Assembly: GCF_006345805.1 (NCBI RefSeq)
Contig: NC_043000.1
Span: forward strand, 67,146,001 to 67,210,000
Source: Octopus sinensis
Lineage: Eukaryota
Length of the DNA stretch: 64,000 bases
Direction of reading: 5' to 3'
How positions within the stretch are numbered: position 1 is the first letter of the stretch; each line of letters begins with the position of its first letter. The position numbers and the translations under genes are program-made. Positions 25,159 through 39,206 of this stretch are shown in pieces. Under the pieces are notes generated by a model, which saw only the letters and a program-made list of their open reading frames with translations, did no database searches and was not told where the DNA came from.

Positions 25159-27675
25159 TCACACACACTCGAAGAAGTGCTGGAAAGTTACTGGTTTTGG
25201 GTAAAAGAAAATACAGGAGGTTCAACATATTCCCCTCTGATTCACATACTTATTGCAGCAGTCCTTCAGTTTTCCCATACCCGGTAAAAGAACTCGGAAG
25301 GGTGGGCCTCCAGCCAGGCCTTTCGTGACACCTTTAAAGCCAGGAACATTTCGGCACCCTCTCATATATATATATATATATATATATAACCCGTTTTCCA
25401 TACAACAATTACATGATGGTTAGATTGAACATGAACCTTACTCAGTGTTAAAGAAGTTTGGTTCGTAAATATGTAGATTCAGGTTCAACCGTACTGCACG
25501 GCATGTGTCTTCTGAGAGAGATTTTTTTCTCTCTCTTGTCAACCAAAGCCTCGTAAGAGAAATTTGAAAGACGGTAACTGTGAATTGACTGTTCTTCATT
25601 TTGGGCTGCACATTTAATCCATCTTCTGATTTTACACCACGACTTTGGATTTGCCGTTGTTGGTGTTATTAAGGTTCATTCTGTTGTAAGCATTTAGGCC
25701 TGCCCGCTGGTATACACATAACTGACCCTTCTGCCTTTCCGTCTCCACGTCTTCAGAAAAAGATTGAGCGTCTCTTTTTTTTTTCTACTTATAGAACAAT
25801 ATTGATAACCCTTACACCATCAACAACCTCATTACCTAAACAGAATAAAATCATTATTTGTGGTGTATGATTCAGTGGGAGAAAGATTAGGAAAAATACT
25901 TTGATGTATATCTTCACGCGTTCTAAATTCAAATTTTTCTTGATTCCTTTTTTACATTTAACTCTGCCGATGTCGATAAAATAAGCTGCCTGTCAACAAT
26001 TGAAGGATTAGTAGAATCGTTAGAATGCCTCACAGCATTTTTTCCCGATTTTTGAAGATTTGTGAACAGTAGCAACGCTAACAGCAGACCCCAGTCTCCA
26101 GAGCACCACCGGTCACAATTCCAGAGATGGTGGAAGAAGTCACTTGGTGCCCAATCCTTGAAATCAACGACTCAGTACTTTGCCCCCCTTCCCCCTTAAC
26201 ATAAACTGAAGAGCCTTAGTCTCGTCTTATGACGAAAGGAATATGGAGCTGAAGAAGGTTTCCAAACTGTCGGAAGAGGAAAAAAATTATGAGCTTCATC
26301 AAATGAATATGAGTGAATCCCAGCAGAAGAAAACTAAAAAGAGTGAGGAGTTCCTCCTTAAGACGACGACGACGAAAGGACACAAAATTCGCGGTCCTTC
26401 GAAAGATGAACCCCTGAAGTGGCAGATATTGCCTTGAGATGTTTATCACAGAACTCTAAGCAGAGCCAGAATACAGGACTTCAAATGCCAGAGTTTTTTG
26501 TAAAAGCAATCGCACAATATTGTCACATACTGAAGTAGAAGTATTCAGAGAATATGGGTTGCTTTTTGTCTCACCTCACGCATATGTTAACGTTACCTTT
26601 GGGTACACGAGACTCCAGCACAAACGGTAGCAAGCATGGAGAACACAGGATGCTTTAATTTGACATAACCAGTGGATTATCACCCTTTGTGTTGGTTGAC
26701 AACCCTAAATGTCTTTCAGTATGCTATTATTTATTTAATATCCTCTTTTATGTATTATTATGTATCCATCTTTTATATGTATTTGTTTACTTATTTATTT
26801 ATCATATGTCCTTATTTATACACAAATTTTTTAATTGTCTTCTTTGTATAACGTCCCTGACCCACACTGCTTATTTGTACTATCCAATACGTTTTGTAAA
26901 CCATTATTATTAACGTTTCCTATTCTGGGTGCATAAATGAATTCAATGAAATTGCTCCCAGTGAGTTGGAAGAATTGGAAGACAGTATGAATGAATGAAT
27001 GCTTTACAGTATTTCTTGCCACTGTTCACGTTCTGATTTCAAATCCCACCGGGGTTAATTTTGCTATTTATCCTTTCAGAGTAGATAAAATAAAACACCA
27101 GTCAAATACTGCGAATGATGTTAGCGCTAAACCCCTCCCCTCAAATCTTTTGGACTTGTTCCTAAATTGGAAACAATTAGAGTAGCAGAATCATTAGAGC
27201 ATAGCAAAAAATTTTGTGCCATTTTCCCAACGCTTTGAATTCTAATATCTCCAAGGTAAACTTTACCTTTCATCCTTGCAGAGTCGATAAAATAAAGTAC
27301 AAGTACCAAGAACGATGTTATCGATTAAAATCTCTGGTTTTGAGATAAGTGGTTAATCGATAGCAAAATCAATTATTATTAGAAATCCTTGTCAAATTAA
27401 GAAATCATCATTATCAAAAGATATTGAAATAATTATTGTTCGTAGTAATATTATCCAGTTAAGGGACCACGTATTCTACCAGAGTTCTTTTGTCAAGAAC
27501 TCAACTATCAGTTAAATACATTTTGGAATCTTATGACAAACGTATGAACGTGCTAATTGAACTTTATGAACATTACAAAATATTTTTTTTAATGTTTAAC
27601 ACACTTCAACATTGTATTTTTTTAAATACCATAATAAAAAACATGAAAACCAGACGATATTTTAACTTTATTCGA

Positions 27676-27707
<32 letters not shown>

Positions 27708-27709
27708 TA

Positions 27710-29430
27710 TGTAACAGTTTGACTCTGCTCCATGCAACTTAGTTTCGTAGGCTGGTAGACCAAACTTAACTCGTCAGGCATCTATAACAGGTTATGAGAC
27801 ATCCAAGATCGCTTCCAGATGTTAGGAATGTATTGGTTAACTCAGGTCTAGTGGTTTTATAAGTCGGGAAACGACATCACTAATTTCCTAAATGCCGGTT
27901 AATTAAACCCTGTAAGAGCGAAATAAGAATAGTAAATAAGTGTATTCACGGTTCGCTATTAGAAAAGCTGCGGGGCTGATCCAATGAGATTGCAGCATCG
28001 CAGTAATCGATTGGTTCAGAGGTATCAAAATAAAGCAGTCTGTAGGTTCACCCACTTCGATATCATAGATTTCTACTTTTCAGTGTCGAAATCCTTGTCT
28101 CTGAAGGCTTTAGGCAATTCAACCATATCAGCGATATTAGAATTATCATGAAAGTCAATATTGGTTCACAAGGATTCCTACTGGGTGAAGAAGGAAGGCG
28201 ACCCATTGGCGTCAGGAAACTCTTAGCTACGCTTCTTGAAACGTCTAGATTGAATGGCGGATTGTACCAAATTATCATTCTCTTTCTGACTCTCTTCAAG
28301 TTCGGGGGAGAAGTTGCGGTGTCCTCCATATATACTATCTTCGCACTGAATTCACTACTCGCTAATGCTTCCCTATAACGCGGGGCAGCCCTATTGAGGA
28401 TCTCTCTATCCACTGATAGTTAAGAGATTCTTCTACTTATGTCTAGGTTTCTACTTATGACTATGGGGAGCTATGACGGGTACTTGGTCTGAGATCGCTG
28501 ACTTTGTCGGGTATTCTCTCCGGGATACTCTAAAGAAACGCACACACCTCCATAACTCAGCCCTTTATAGGGACGGCAGTTTCGCAATCTCAAGCCACAT
28601 GAACGGCTATACCAAGGACAAGTTCAGGAAGGATTTAACAAAGATCATCAAAGAATTTGGTCCATCTAAAACAACCACCACCAACTTGACATGGGTAGAC
28701 TTCTTGGATGTAACCCGCGACCTGAAAACGGACAAGTACTACTCTTACAGGAAGCCTTACGAGGAAACTCCAACCATCCACCAGCTATAGTTAGAATCTT
28801 AGTCATAAATAGAAACCTAGGCATAAGTAGAAGAATCTCTTAACTATCAGTGGATAGAGAGATCCTCAATAGGGCTGCCCTGCATTATAGGGAAGCATTA
28901 GCGAGTAGTGAATTCAGTGAGAAGATAGTATATATGGAGGACACAACTTCACTCTCGAACCTGAAGAGAGTCAGAAAGAGAAAGATAATTTGGTACAATC
29001 CGCCATTCAATCTAGACGTTTTAAGCAGCGTAGCTAGGAGTTTCCTGACGCCAATGAAAAGCATTTTCCTTGAACCTGTAAGTACACAAGAGCAAGGTAG
29101 TTAATCCCAGGTGTTAGTTTTTCACTAACCTGCGACAACTATCGCTTTGCCATGTGTAGTATCAAATGCAATGAACTGATGTCACTAAAGAAATTATACT
29201 GCCATCTCCAGACTTAGCGGTGACGAGTACCTACCAACATCCTGTCCGACTACGCGAATATAAAAACTTAAGAAAAAAATTGATGTCACATCCAGACGGA
29301 CCAATAAAACTTCGAGAACTGAGTTGACCAATAGAGGCCAACCTTGAATTTGTCTCGTATCTGCTTTGTTGTCTGACAGTTTAGGTTCGTTCTACGAAAC
29401 TAAACTGCGTGGAACTGGATCAAACTATTA
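27710..29430. mobile_element. Penelope-like element (Naiad-type RT) in an inverted, head-to-head arrangement
   Basis: Plus strand 28463-29090 carries RT motifs E..D.VG, LYRDG (from YRDD), VDFLDVT.DL, YRKP and the linker RKRKIIWYNPPF. A minus copy at 28204-28462 is about 95% identical to 28801-29056. The outer arms (about 27710-27890 and 29275-29430) are also homologous but more diverged. Confidence 0.85.
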
Positions 29431-29774
29431 CTAAATAGATATATGTAACTCCAAATGCGTTGAATGTCACTTCCTTTCGTCTGTGTGTGTATGATACATA
29501 CACACAATAGTTGTACTATTGTTTGGTCAAGTTAGCTTTGACTGAGCAATCCTGTGATCAAAAAATTCCATCTTTAATCAACTCGTCTTTCCTAGGAGGG
29601 AAAGATGTAATGTGAGGCTACCATTTGGCTAGTTGAGATTATGTTTTAAGTATTTAGTTTGTATGTAATGCAAAAATATTTTAATACCAATTCAGTAAAC
29701 TGTAGTGCACATTGTGTAACAATTGAGTAACTTGATATACGTCTATCGAATAGCAATGTTGTATTCGTTTAAGC

Positions 29775-31590
29775 CAGTGTTTGTCAAACTGTGCCGCGGA
29801 AAGTAATTTCGGGATTTTCGAGAAACAACGATCCAAGAACATTTGCATAGTTCGAGCGTAAATATAAATTTATATAAATCGTAAAATATGGTAAATATAA
29901 ATGACGTTACACGACGGACAGAACATTTGCTATAATATGTTACACTTCTCTTTGCGTTCTGAGTTCAAATTCCGCCGAGGTCGACTTTGCCTTTCATCTT
30001 TTCGGGATCGATAAATTAAGTATCAGTTACGTACTGGAGTCGATCTAATCTATTGGCCCCTCCCAAAAAATTTCGGCCCCTGTGCCTAGAGTAGAAAAAA
30101 TATTACATTTTTGCATGTAAACCGGGATTGTAAGTAAGTTGTATAGTAGTCCAAGAAGATTTAATTTTTGATTTATTTATAATTTACATGAATTATTTTA
30201 CGTTAACTTCAATCGATTTTTAATTTTAGATTTAAACATGGACGAATTTTTATTGACACCCCAGAAAAATGAGAAAGAGAGTCATAAAAAACGAGACGAA
30301 CACCAGAATAGAAAGTCCACCTCATCAAAACGAAAATGTAATGAAAATTACATCCAATATGGTTTTATATTATCGGATAAAAGACAACTCGGTTCCCTTT
30401 TGTATAATTTAACAACACTCTCAAATGAAGCGATGGATCCAAGTAAACTTCAGTGTCATTTAATAACAAATTATCCCAGCAGAAGGACAAACCTTCAAAC
30501 AAATTAAGACCATTCCTTTGCCTGCACACATGATTTCTCGTAAAATTCAAGACATTTCGTGAGACAATGATGATCAGCTTCGCCAAGATTTCACTGAAGC
30601 AAAAAATGAACTCGAAAACTTGTGGGCCTTACAACATCAGTAACGAAGCTCAACTAATTTCATTTCTGTGAATCATCAGAGGTGGTAAAATCATAAATCA
30701 GTTTTTCTTTCGTTGTGAATTGAAGGAAAGAACGACAGGAAAATATGACTTTAACCTGGTAAACCAAAATGTATTGAGAGGGATGCAGTGGAAAACTTGT
30801 ATTAGCGTTCGCCCTGATGGCGCTCCATCCATGCACGATCGAAAAAATAGGCTTCGTGGCTCATGTATTATAAAACAAACCTTCACAAGTTAAAATTGTA
30901 CATTGCATGATTCACCCCGAACTTTTGGTGTCAAAATCTCTACCAGCTGGTCTCCTGAAGACGATGGACAACGTTGTGGTGAATTACATAAAATCGCATT
31001 CCCTACAGTGCAGACAATTTGCATCTCTATGTGAGAGTATATTTTATTACTTTGCGAACTGAAATTTGTTTCTTCGATGCTGAAAATTCTGGATTTGAAT
31101 TTCTTAACGATGATAATTGTTGAATTAAAGTGAAGTAAACAATTTTGTGCTTGAGGGTGTGAAGCATGTGGTTGTGTAAAAAGAGGTAGTTTGGAAAGAG
31201 TCTGTGTGTGTGTGTGTGTGTGTGCTTTGAGTGGAACTGAATGCAAAATAGGTAACAAATTCCAAGATGCTAAAATTAAGAGGATTCGTTAAAGTTAGTA
31301 AAAATCCCTTTTTAACCCAGAAAGCTATGTTACAATTTGTGAGACGTGGAAGCTCGTGAATCATGTGATGTTTTCTTGCTGGCTATCTTCTATGTTTTGA
31401 AATGGAGCTGATGCTTCCCAGTGCGGTACGCAAGGTTCAATGCATGTACAGCCGGATATTTGAGATATACGAAGAACAGTTAGTTGTACCTGTGAAATAA
31501 ATATCAAGACAAAAGTTAAACAGATCCCTATTTCTTGCATTATAAATATTTATTTCGGAACAACATTCGATTTGAAAAACAGAGGTAGAC
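29775..31590 (+). mobile_element. Degenerate hAT Charlie/Buster-type transposon with an OR-like SINE inserted at ~29945-30105
   Basis: TIR-like CAGTGTTTGTCAAACTGTG at 29775, KRK..ENYIQYGF...LSNEAMDPSKLQCHL (30238-30507), DGAPSM (~30816), VHCMIH, WL..RG..LERV. Interrupted by (GT)n. Confidence 0.8.
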
Positions 31591-33488
31591 AGCAGTCAGA
31601 CAGAGTTGGACAAATGACTTGCGATTATTAATTACGTCCCGAATTCAAATCCGGATGTAGCGTCGTTACATTTTATCTCTCTGGAGCCGACAAAATCAAT
31701 GCTTGGTTGATTTAATCAATTGTTTTTTTATTTTCCAATAAATTTCATTCTTTGAACAAATGTTAGAAATCAATATTTACTTAAAATAGTATATTATTAT
31801 CTTGTGAACATCAAAGAAAATAACGTTAAGAATTTATACACGAGTGTCTATTTCAACAGCAATAGTGGCCATGTGTTGCTTTTCAAACTAGAATATTATT
31901 ACTATTTAAGTTCTATTTTCATTAATTGTCTTAAAAACTTTTCTAAAAGATATTTATTTCGCTGTAAAAATTTATTTATTCTAACACTTTGCTTTTATAA
32001 TTAAGAAACATTAAAGAGATTTACATTGAATTATTTTATCTATATTTAGAAGTGGACAGGACTGGAAACAATACTATGCTGTTGATCGAATATTAAATGA
32101 ATAGCACTACTATTCAGCTACGTTTTAGTTTCACATTAGATTTGCGATAATTTTAACCGCAGCGCAAAATATAGTCGCATTTATTTCGAGTAACGCTATC
32201 TTACATTCTTAGTTATATAAATATCTATGTAAAATTTTTACCTTGCTTGTTTATTGAAATGTGTGAAGATATCAGATTTGTATAGTAGTAAATTGTAGTA
32301 AATGAATGGCCGGTAAGAAAATCCACTAGAAAATTTCTATCCCGTGAATCCCTTTTTAATATAAGAAAAATCAATATACGCTTTCTATCAGAGGCTGAAT
32401 GCGCTGTTTTCAGGGTAGGAAATTGAATCTAATGAAACGGAACAGAAAAGAATGAGACAAAGATTTTCACAATAAACGTCTTTATATCATGATTGGTTCC
32501 TTATTTATTGCATGATGTCAACTTCTTTTTGGCTAGGTACAAGACATCTGATTTACACAAGAAGGGAGGGGGTTACTATGACTTCCAAACCTTTTCCATG
32601 GGCATTAGCAGTATAAGCCAAGTGGAATTGCTTTTATGGGAGATTCGGTTCACGATCAATTGGATTTGTTAATTGAAAGAATCTTAGCAAACAATCTTAA
32701 TTTACTCGGCATGTCGACATACACATTTTAGAATTTTTGTTTTGTTTTCTGTTCTTTTAAATAACCATGAAAACAAAACAAGCGGGGAACTCTGTGTGTG
32801 TGTGTGTGTGAGTGAGGGAGAGAGAGAGAGAGAGACAGAAGGAGACATACAGAATGTGATGAGAGGGATAAGATAAACAAGTTACTATGTATTAGATATT
32901 TTCTAGCAGCTTATCTCGTGGATGTGAATTATTTTTCTCCCCTCACATTTCCTAGTATTTATCACTTTAGTGCTTCATCTAAAGGACATAGAAAACAGCG
33001 TTGTTCTAGGTTCGTCTAAGAAGCAGAATGGATAAGGATGCAATGCCGCTTAATCAAAAGCTCGATTTAGCAGAGCTGGGCAGAGTCTAAGCATAAGCCG
33101 TAATTCACAAAAAGGCGAGAAGGTCACATATGGGACGCCATTTATCATAGGTCTGCTGAAGCAGAACTGAACTGGGGCTAAAAAACAACAGAGTTCAAAG
33201 AAACACTATTTCAAAATGCTGGGCGTTTTGGGGCGGGGACGTCTTTACGACGTGAGAGAATTTATAAATTAAGATCTATTCAATTTCCAGGTTTTAGATC
33301 GATATTTATCTAACAGGAAGACCTGCTAATTTTCTTTACTGAATATGTGTTTAAAGAACCGAATTATGCATAGACGCATCCATTAATGTTTAGCATACAC
33401 ACATAATGTGTGTGCGTGTGTGCGCGCGCGCTAACGACTGTTTATCCACACACACACAAATATATACATTTATGTGTGTGTATATATA

Positions 33489-33531
<43 letters not shown>

Positions 33532-34160
33532 ATGAATCATGATTTGAGGTATTAGGTTTGTCCACGTCAGAAGTCGTGCTAATGCGCATGTGTAATGCAA
33601 ACATTTTTATAGCATGCCAATATCTGAAAAGTGGAAGTCTTGGTGAGTGATTACGCCATTTTTTGTTGTTGTAATTTATTAATTATAATAGGAATGTTGC
33701 AGTTAATGTATATTTTTAAATAAGAAAAATATTGTTTAAACCTTTTCTCATGGCCTTTGCATTATGCAAAGTAATTCAGTGCTGATTTTCATTTTCCTAC
33801 GGCAAAGAGAACCAGGATGGATTTTCTCTTGCATTTTTTTACCTTTGAGTTTTGCTTGGCTAAATTTATTTAGGGCACTTCCTTATCCATTTGTGAACTA
33901 AAACACAATTTCTTATTGCGAGATAATAATTGTGTATGGCATAGCTTCGACATTATCAAGTCCTTAGTCTAACATTTATTTTGATGTTTCTGTGAATTTA
34001 AAGAAATATTTATAAACGTAATATTTCTTGAATAGCTTCATATTTATTTCTGATAAGTTTTACCAAGATGTCGATCCTAAATTATCAAAAGTATCTTTCT
34101 CTGCCCTATATATATATATATATATCTCTCTTTATCTCTCTATATATATATCTCTCTTTA

Positions 34161-34238
<78 letters not shown>

Positions 34239-36195
34239 CTTACTTTGTGTATATATGAGTTAAAACAAATTCAATGTTAGCCACCTTATGTTTTGAGAGT
34301 TCTGAAATTACAAAATTGAATGTGTGTGAGAGAGAGAGAGTGTTTCGTGTTTATTCACTATTTTATGTCAGATTTAATATATATGTAGTTCCTTTAATTT
34401 TCATACTATTCTACATAGTAGCTGGCAGGTCGTCTGATTGAATTTGAAAAATGCTAAGAAAATACTTACTGTATAAGTCTTCTTAAGTGATACAGAACCT
34501 CGGAAACGATGCGCTTTGCAAATGCACCAACTTATTTGCTGTACGGTGTTGAATAAAATTTCCACAGACATGTACAAATCATATACGGACGCTTTGTATA
34601 CTAAAGACTTCAGTTCCTTTTTTTCTTTTTTTTTTCATGATATTAGGGGATTATGGGATAATACATCACATGGCTATGAATCGCATCCGTAACAAGTAGT
34701 TATAAGCTTTACTGCAACAGAAAGCTACATATTTATATGATCACACACACACACGTTAATAGTTGCACAAGATAATTTACAGGATTTAATTTTTAACTCC
34801 AATATTTCTAAATTCAAATTCTTCTGGTTCAGTTCAGTAAGTACTGATTAATATTCGATACTATATAATTTCAAATAGCATATGATCATTCTTCTTTGCG
34901 AATAACAAAGTGTGAAGACATCATTGTTCAGTTGCTAGGTGAATGGCTGCAGTTTTGTGTTCCATAAATAATTTAGAATACATTTTAAAATAGGCAAAAA
35001 AGAAAAGACGAATTGTTGATTGAAGGGCATTAAATTTCGAAAATTTGAAATATTTAGGAAAAAAAATTAACATGATCTGTGATTAAATCTCAACACGTCT
35101 AATTTGGAGTAACGAAAATCTAAAACCTTGCCAAAAAAAAAAAAAATGGAACACTCAGTTATTCATATTTTTTTTTCAATTAACCCGCTGGTGTTTGGTT
35201 AAATATATCTAAATAGAAAACGGCCCATTCTACCGAGCTACTAGGTGGTTATGGTTCACTGAGGCAAAAATGCGAAAGTACTATAAAAACTGTCGAGGTT
35301 CGTTGGTTTGTCGTGTTTAGTATACATGGATCTATATAGGCAAGTAGCAGTAGCCACTTCAACCTTACATATATGAAAAAATAACAGGTTTAGTCTTTCT
35401 CTTAACACCCTGCCAGCATTATAAAAAAAATACTTTTATAAGTTTCAGTATTTCATGTAAGGTATGCATTAAGTCTTGCGAATATATAAAGAAATCTATA
35501 GATGTGTGTGTGTGTGTGTGTATAATTCGTCTATTATCTAGTCAGTATGAATGCGCTACTTCTCTTAAAACTGAAGGAAAAAGTAAAACAAAAAATAAGC
35601 TCAGGTAAATATATAAAACACGCCTTACCACTGAAACTGAATAGTCCATTTGACAAAATAATACTTATTCACGTCTTTCTAAAAGTTGAGTAAAAACATT
35701 CACGCTTGTGCGCATATCTACAAATGCATAGAAAAGTAATATAATTCTCTCCGGAAAAGCAACTTGTATACATACAACTAAGTATTCACTAAAAATAAAT
35801 CTCTTTCGGGTATCCATGAATACAAGATAACAAGAAACAGGACTGCGAATGTTTTCTTTCTTTTTTTGTTTTTGTTTTTGTTTTTGTTTTTTATATTCTC
35901 TGCCAATTTAGGAAGCTTGTAACGTCTGCTATTAGTTTCGGAAAAAAACAAAAAACGTTCGACGCTGATAATGTGTATTATATTTTTACTTTACCAGCAG
36001 CGCTGTCGTTTATTAATAGTAATTAACTGTAATATTATCGGTTTTACACTAATGGACGACACCAAGGTAGGTGAGGTTGAGTTTCTCATCCAAACACTGA
36101 AGTGAATCTCCTTGTCCTTGGATATATGACTGAAAGGAAACACACACACACATACGTATATATGTATGTATATATATATCTATCTATCTATCTAT

Positions 36196-36289
36196 ATCGG
36201 TCTCTTTTGCTGAACCGCTAAATTTCAGGGACGTAAACACACCAACATAGGTTGCCAAGGGATGATTGTGGGGGGGGGGAACACAGACA

Positions 36290-36332
<43 letters not shown>

Positions 36333-36492
36333 CGGACTTCTTTCAGTTTCCGTCTACCAAATTCACTCACAAGGCTTTGGTCGGTCCATGGATATAGTTG
36401 AAGACAGTTGCCCAAGGTGCCACACAGTGGGACTGAACACGAAACCATGTAGTTGTGAAGCAAGCTTCTTACTACACCGCCATTCCTGCGCC
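36196..36492 (-). mobile_element. OK-like SINE (left member of a head-to-head pair)
   Basis: Homologous to the family; the 3' part is missing. Confidence 0.85.
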
Positions 36493-36493
36493 T

Positions 36494-36529
<36 letters not shown>

Positions 36530-36559
36530 ACACACACACACACACACACATATTATATA

Positions 36560-36933
36560 GGTGCAGGAGTGGCGGTGTGGCAAGAAGCTTGCTTCACAAC
36601 CACATGGTTCCGTGTTCAATCCCACTGTGTGGCACCTTGGGCAAGTGTCTTCAACTATATCCTCTGGCTGACCAAAGCTTTGTGAGTGGATTTGGTCGAC
36701 GGAAACTGAAAGAAGTCCGGCATATATATGTTTGAGTGTCTGTCTGTACCCCCCCCCCGCCAACCATCGCTTGGCAACCTATGTTGGTATGTTTACGTCC
36801 CCGAAATCTAGCGGTTCAGAAAAAGAGACCGATAGAATAAGTACTAGGCTCACAAAGAATAAGTTCTGGTGTCGATTTCTTCGACTAACGGCGATGCTCC
36901 AGCATGGCCGCAGTCAAATGACTGAAACAAGTA
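36560..36933 (+). mobile_element. Full-length OK-like SINE (right member of a head-to-head pair)
   Basis: GGTGCAGGAGTGGCGGTGTGGCAAGAAGCTTGCTT...GACTGAAACAAGT. Confidence 0.9.
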
Positions 36934-36982
36934 ATGAGTATATATACTATATGTGGGAGAGGTGTTTTAATACAAATTCATT

Positions 36983-37013
<31 letters not shown>

Positions 37014-37950
37014 TATATATAGTTAGTTTTATTTTTTTGTGTGCGTGAATATGAATGCATATGTGGGTGTATTTTTGTATACAATTATGTGTGTACGCGT
37101 GCATGAATGTATATAAATGTATGCACACACACACACATATATACGAGAAAAGATTGCCAGGTATATTTTTTCATTTGTTTCGGCTTTTTACGTTCTCTGC
37201 TCAAAACCCACCGAGGGTAACTTTGTCTTTCATTCCTCCGTATCTATAAAATTAAGTACCTATCGAGGTGAGTGAGTGTCATTCTGTGCCAATATGCAAT
37301 GGTTAACATAGCACAGCAGAGCCGAAATCTGCACCCAGCCGTGGTATTTCTGACAATAGAATAGAGAGCAGCGGTAAGTGTACACTATGACCATATCAAT
37401 AGTGTCTCGCCATTACTGACTACGTAACTTACCACTCCACAACCATTCAATTACACATATCCTCTTTCTATCTCTACCTCCCTTCTCTTTCTCTCACTGA
37501 AATGCTTCCCATTAGAAATTTATATCCTGAAAAAGAAAAAAAAAAAAATATATATATATATATAGTGTGTGTGTGTGTGTATACAGACATACTTCAACTT
37601 ACGTCGTTTTACAGACTCTACCACTCTGCCAACTTTCTTTTCTTTTTGAGAAACAAGCCTCAACTTCAGTGGATTTATCCGATTTTATGTCGGTCTCACC
37701 GAACATATTTAAAGAATAGCAGAAAATTAAAGCTGAAGTAGAAAATGAAATAAAATGCGTGTGAAAAAAAATATAAAACGGATGTACGGTAACTAATTTT
37801 TAGAAGTGATTTTTTTTTCGTGTTACGTTGTTTTCTTTATGTCGCATGTGTTGTAACCAATTACATGTATGTGTTGTGTGTGTATGTATCTGTGTGTGTG
37901 CATATAGATATACACTTGTGTGCGTGTGTATAGATATACACTTGTATATG

Positions 37951-38015
<65 letters not shown>

Positions 38016-38499
38016 GTGTGTGTGTGTATATAAAATCACGCTATTGACCAGATTATTGGTTTTTATTATACATCGCTGGTCACAATGCTCCTCGAATAGT
38101 TTTAGCTTTGGAATGATGCCCATCGCTGGCTGGGCGGACAGGTCAACATTTCCCCTGATCGGAAGAAGGTTATTCCGTTGTAGGCATAGCCATTTTCAGT
38201 TGAATTGACAACAGCTATCGTGAGTGCAACACGTTTACCACTAAGCCATACATCTTCACCACTACCCACACTGCGCGCGTGTGTTTATTTACAAATACAT
38301 ACTTTTACGTGCGTGCGCGCGCGCATAAGTGTGTGTGTGTGATCACCTGTCAGTTTCAGTGTAGTATAGTCAGTTGTATCAATGAAACATTTTAAATGGG
38401 CGTGTACGTAGCAAAATATTTCACGAAGGCTTATAGCATTAAAGTAAGTTTTGCGCCGCACGAACTGGATGCAGGCCATTCAAAAAGATTCCAAACAAC

Positions 38500-39206
38500 T
38501 TTGTTTCTCGCTATCTCTCGTATATTTTTTTACTTGTTTCAGTCATTAAACTGCGCCAGGCTGGAGCAGTGCTTTCAAGGAATTTTAGTCGAACGAATCG
38601 ACCTCAGTATTTTTTGTTTTAGCCTGATATTTATTCTGTCGCACCCTTTGCCAAACCGCTAAGTTAAGGGGACGTAAACATGCGCGCGCGCAAGTGATGA
38701 GCTTCTTTGTTTCATCTACCAAATCCACTCTCAAAGATTTGGTCAGCCCGAGGCTACAGTTGAAGATATTTGTTCAAGGTGCCACACAGTGAAACTGAAC
38801 CCGGAACCACATGGTTGGGAAACAATATTATATATATTCTTCTATTTGTTACTGTCATTTGACAGCGGCCATGCTGGAGCACTGTCTTTTGTCAAAGAAA
38901 TAGCCCCAAGTATTTATTCTTTGTAAGCCTAGTACTTAATCTATTGGTCTCTTTTGCCGAACCGCCAGGTTACAGGGACGTAAACACACCAACATAGGTT
39001 ATCAAGCGATAGTGGGGGACAAACACAAACATGTATATATATATATATATATATATATATGACCGTCTACTTTCAGTTTCTGTCTACCAAATTCACTCAC
39101 AAGGCTATGGTAGAAGACACTTGCCCAAGGTACTACGCAGTGGGATCGAACCCAGAAGCATGTGGTTGGTAAGCAAGCTACTTACTACCCAGCCACTCCT
39201 GTGCCT
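38500..39206 (-). mobile_element. Two tandem OK-like SINE copies (about 38500-38825 and 38835-39206)
   Basis: Family tail, body and head motifs are repeated twice. Confidence 0.8.

Noticed and set aside
25695-25765. Minus-strand CUGAAGA-CGU-ggag-ACG-GAAA hammerhead-like core
   Set aside because: Stem II is good, but stem III needs a long loop and stem I is only 2 bp; this could be chance.
37300-37380. 62-nt open stretch ending in GTAAGT, as a possible micro-exon
   Set aside because: No polypyrimidine tract at the acceptor, no recognisable protein similarity and no partner exons.
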